NCBI GenBank assembly: GCA_035084275.1
Contig: CM068743.1
Coordinates: 89,466,001 to 89,530,000 of the forward strand
Length of the DNA stretch: 64,000 bases
Direction of reading: 5' to 3'
Source of the DNA: Hydrolagus colliei
Taxonomy: Eukaryota
Shown: piece after piece, positions 62,460 through 64,000 of the stretch
How positions within the stretch are numbered: the first letter of the stretch is position 1
Layout: each line of letters opens with the position of its first letter
The notes under the pieces: generated by a model
The model's input: the letters and a program-made list of their open reading frames with translations, nothing else
The model's database searches: none
Told to the model about the DNA's origin: nothing
Made by a program: the position numbers and the translations under genes

Positions 62460-62815
62460 CTATAATAATAATCCTCCTTGTATTTGGTGTAGCACCTGTC
62501 ACGTCAGAGGGCATCTCAAAGCACTTCACAAGATTCACTGGAAAGTGTAGTGACTGTGTATTGTGTAGACAACCACAGTAGCCTAATTGCGCACAGCAAC
62601 ATCCCCTCAAACAGTTGTGAAGTCAGCGAATAATTTTACTTGGGAGATTGTTGGGCAGGATAGTGGGAGACATTTCCTTCTCTTTTCGAATAGTGCCATG
62701 GGATTTTTGCGTCCACTTAAACAGTTTAATGTTTCATCCAAAGGACGGCATCTCTAACAATGCAGCACACCCCTAGTGCTGTATTGGAATGTCATCTAAG
62801 ACTGAGTTCAAAGTA
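62460..62815 (-). mobile_element. DeuSINE-type SINE fragment
   Basis: Tail plus Deu-like core aatagtgccatgggatttttgcgtccac...tttaatgtttcatccaaaggacggcatctctaacaatgcagcac. Confidence 0.75.
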
Positions 62816-63145
62816 CATATGGATGACAGCAGTCTGGCTGCCTCTTCCTCCTTCTATGACTGGAGCTCCCTCTGGCTTCTCGTTTTCCTGGACCTCTCCG
62901 CCGCATTCGACACAGTTCCGACATAGCCATTGTCTTCCTGCAGCTGACTGTGTATTGAGTTTATCGTATAAATTTAAATTGTATTGTTTGATAGTAGAGA
63001 GAAATTTCAGTAACTTAATCCAGAAGTTTAGATGACTGTCAAAAACTACTCCCAACTTCACTTCTTTTCTGATGTCAGGCAGAGGGCACAGTCTTTCTCA
63101 ACAAAGTTTATGTATTTTCCTATTTTGGTTGGTTCTTTTATTTAG

Positions 63146-63248
63146 CTTCGCAAGAACTTATGACTGCTCCGATTCCAGGAGGGTGTCCAACACCTGGATG
63201 TAAAGGAATGGGTCACATCAAAGGTGCTCGATACACCGGCCATCATAG
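63146..63248 (+). CDS. l3mbtl4: Exon N, C2HC-type zinc finger start (GGCPTPGCKGMGHIKGARYTGHH)
   Basis: Acceptor ttcttttatttag, donor TAG|gtgagt (split Ser codon AG|n), 103 nt, phase 1->2. CPTPGCxGxGH motif. Confidence 0.94.
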
Positions 63249-64000
63249 GTGAGTCGCGAAGGACCTGATCCATTCATATTGTATTTTTCAAGTGAGATTA
63301 ACCATGTCACATAACCTGCATTCGCACTCCAACCCACAAAGAAGAATGAGATGAGTGTCTGATCCATAGATTGGTTTATGCTGATAATGGGGTGAATTTA
63401 GCAAAATGTACTTTTTTTACCACACCAAATATTCCCTAATAAAATGCTTTCTCGTTGGTAATCTCTGAGAGACAAACAGGTCTGTGACGTACCTCTGATA
63501 CTGCAGCATTCAACCTCTGATTCATGAGATACCGGCTTTTCCAAAACAATAAAACTCAGAGTAGTCATTATCTTGCTAACACTGGTCACTTGTTGGGCCA
63601 ATCGTGTGCAAACTGCAGTGACAGCAAGTTCTGTGCAACCTGAATTGCACATCTTTAAATTTGATCCATGCCACACATGTGACAATGTGACAAAAGAACT
63701 AAAGCTAAATTCAACATGACTTTTCACATTTGGATATTGCAATTGTCTGAGGTTCCTGGTCTATTAAGATTATCGCTTAGGTACCCTGACGGAGATTCTG
63801 CTGCATTACTTGATTAGCAGCAAGTCTTCCTTTGATTGTAGTTTAATCACAAGATGCATTATTTAGTGGAGAATGTACTACAGTCTAATTTGAATTGGGA
63901 TGAATGTACGTACCCTGGTGAAATCCTGTTGTTTCAAAGCCTTTACACCATTAGCAGTATGTCATAGCAGCCCTAATCTCATTTATCTTTGTTATCTGTG

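Larger units (their letters stand above)
7783..63248 (+). other. l3mbtl4: Multi-exon gene (partial, both ends outside window): lethal(3)malignant brain tumor-like protein, L3MBTL4-like (L3MBTL3/4 clade)
   Basis: 14 GT-AG exons splice in a continuous frame (1601 nt). They contain three MBT repeats, an FCS finger and a C2HC finger. GMRLEGVDPRHPS, DRKNPSLVCVAT, ENFSW, IVDVDEQRIK and RYTGHH resemble recalled L3MBTL4 more than L3MBTL3, but several other blocks are L3MBTL3-like, so the paralog call is moderate. Confidence 0.8.

Overview
This is a eukaryotic (vertebrate) genomic window. The L2/CR1/DeuSINE/Penelope-type repeat landscape suggests a cartilaginous fish, possibly a chimaera (inference). 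The whole window lies inside one large + strand gene of the lethal(3)malignant brain tumor-like family, most similar to L3MBTL4 with L3MBTL3 as the alternative. I reconstructed 14 GT-AG coding exons (7783-63248, 1601 nt, about 533 aa, all splice phases consistent). They encode the conserved FRMNEFG N-terminal block, an FCS-type Zn finger, a basic NLS-like patch, three MBT repeats and the start of a C2HC Zn finger. The start and stop codons lie outside the window. The introns are filled with decayed L2 and CR1 LINEs, tRNA-derived SINEs, MITEs and Penelope-type termini. The most notable observations are: (1) a four-level nest L2 > SINE > CpG-rich hAT element with a 5-bp TSD > RTE LINE fragment that replaces most of the transposase; (2) four short Penelope-type termini with a minimal hammerhead-ribozyme core, one as a hairpin just after an exon; (3) an MBT exon with a rare GAG acceptor that begins with a strong GTATGT donor, a recursive-splicing-like layout; (4) a 29-bp copy of an MBT exon inside a later intron. 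Nearly all ORFs in the supplied track are spurious. Repeat boundaries without a stated TSD are approximate.
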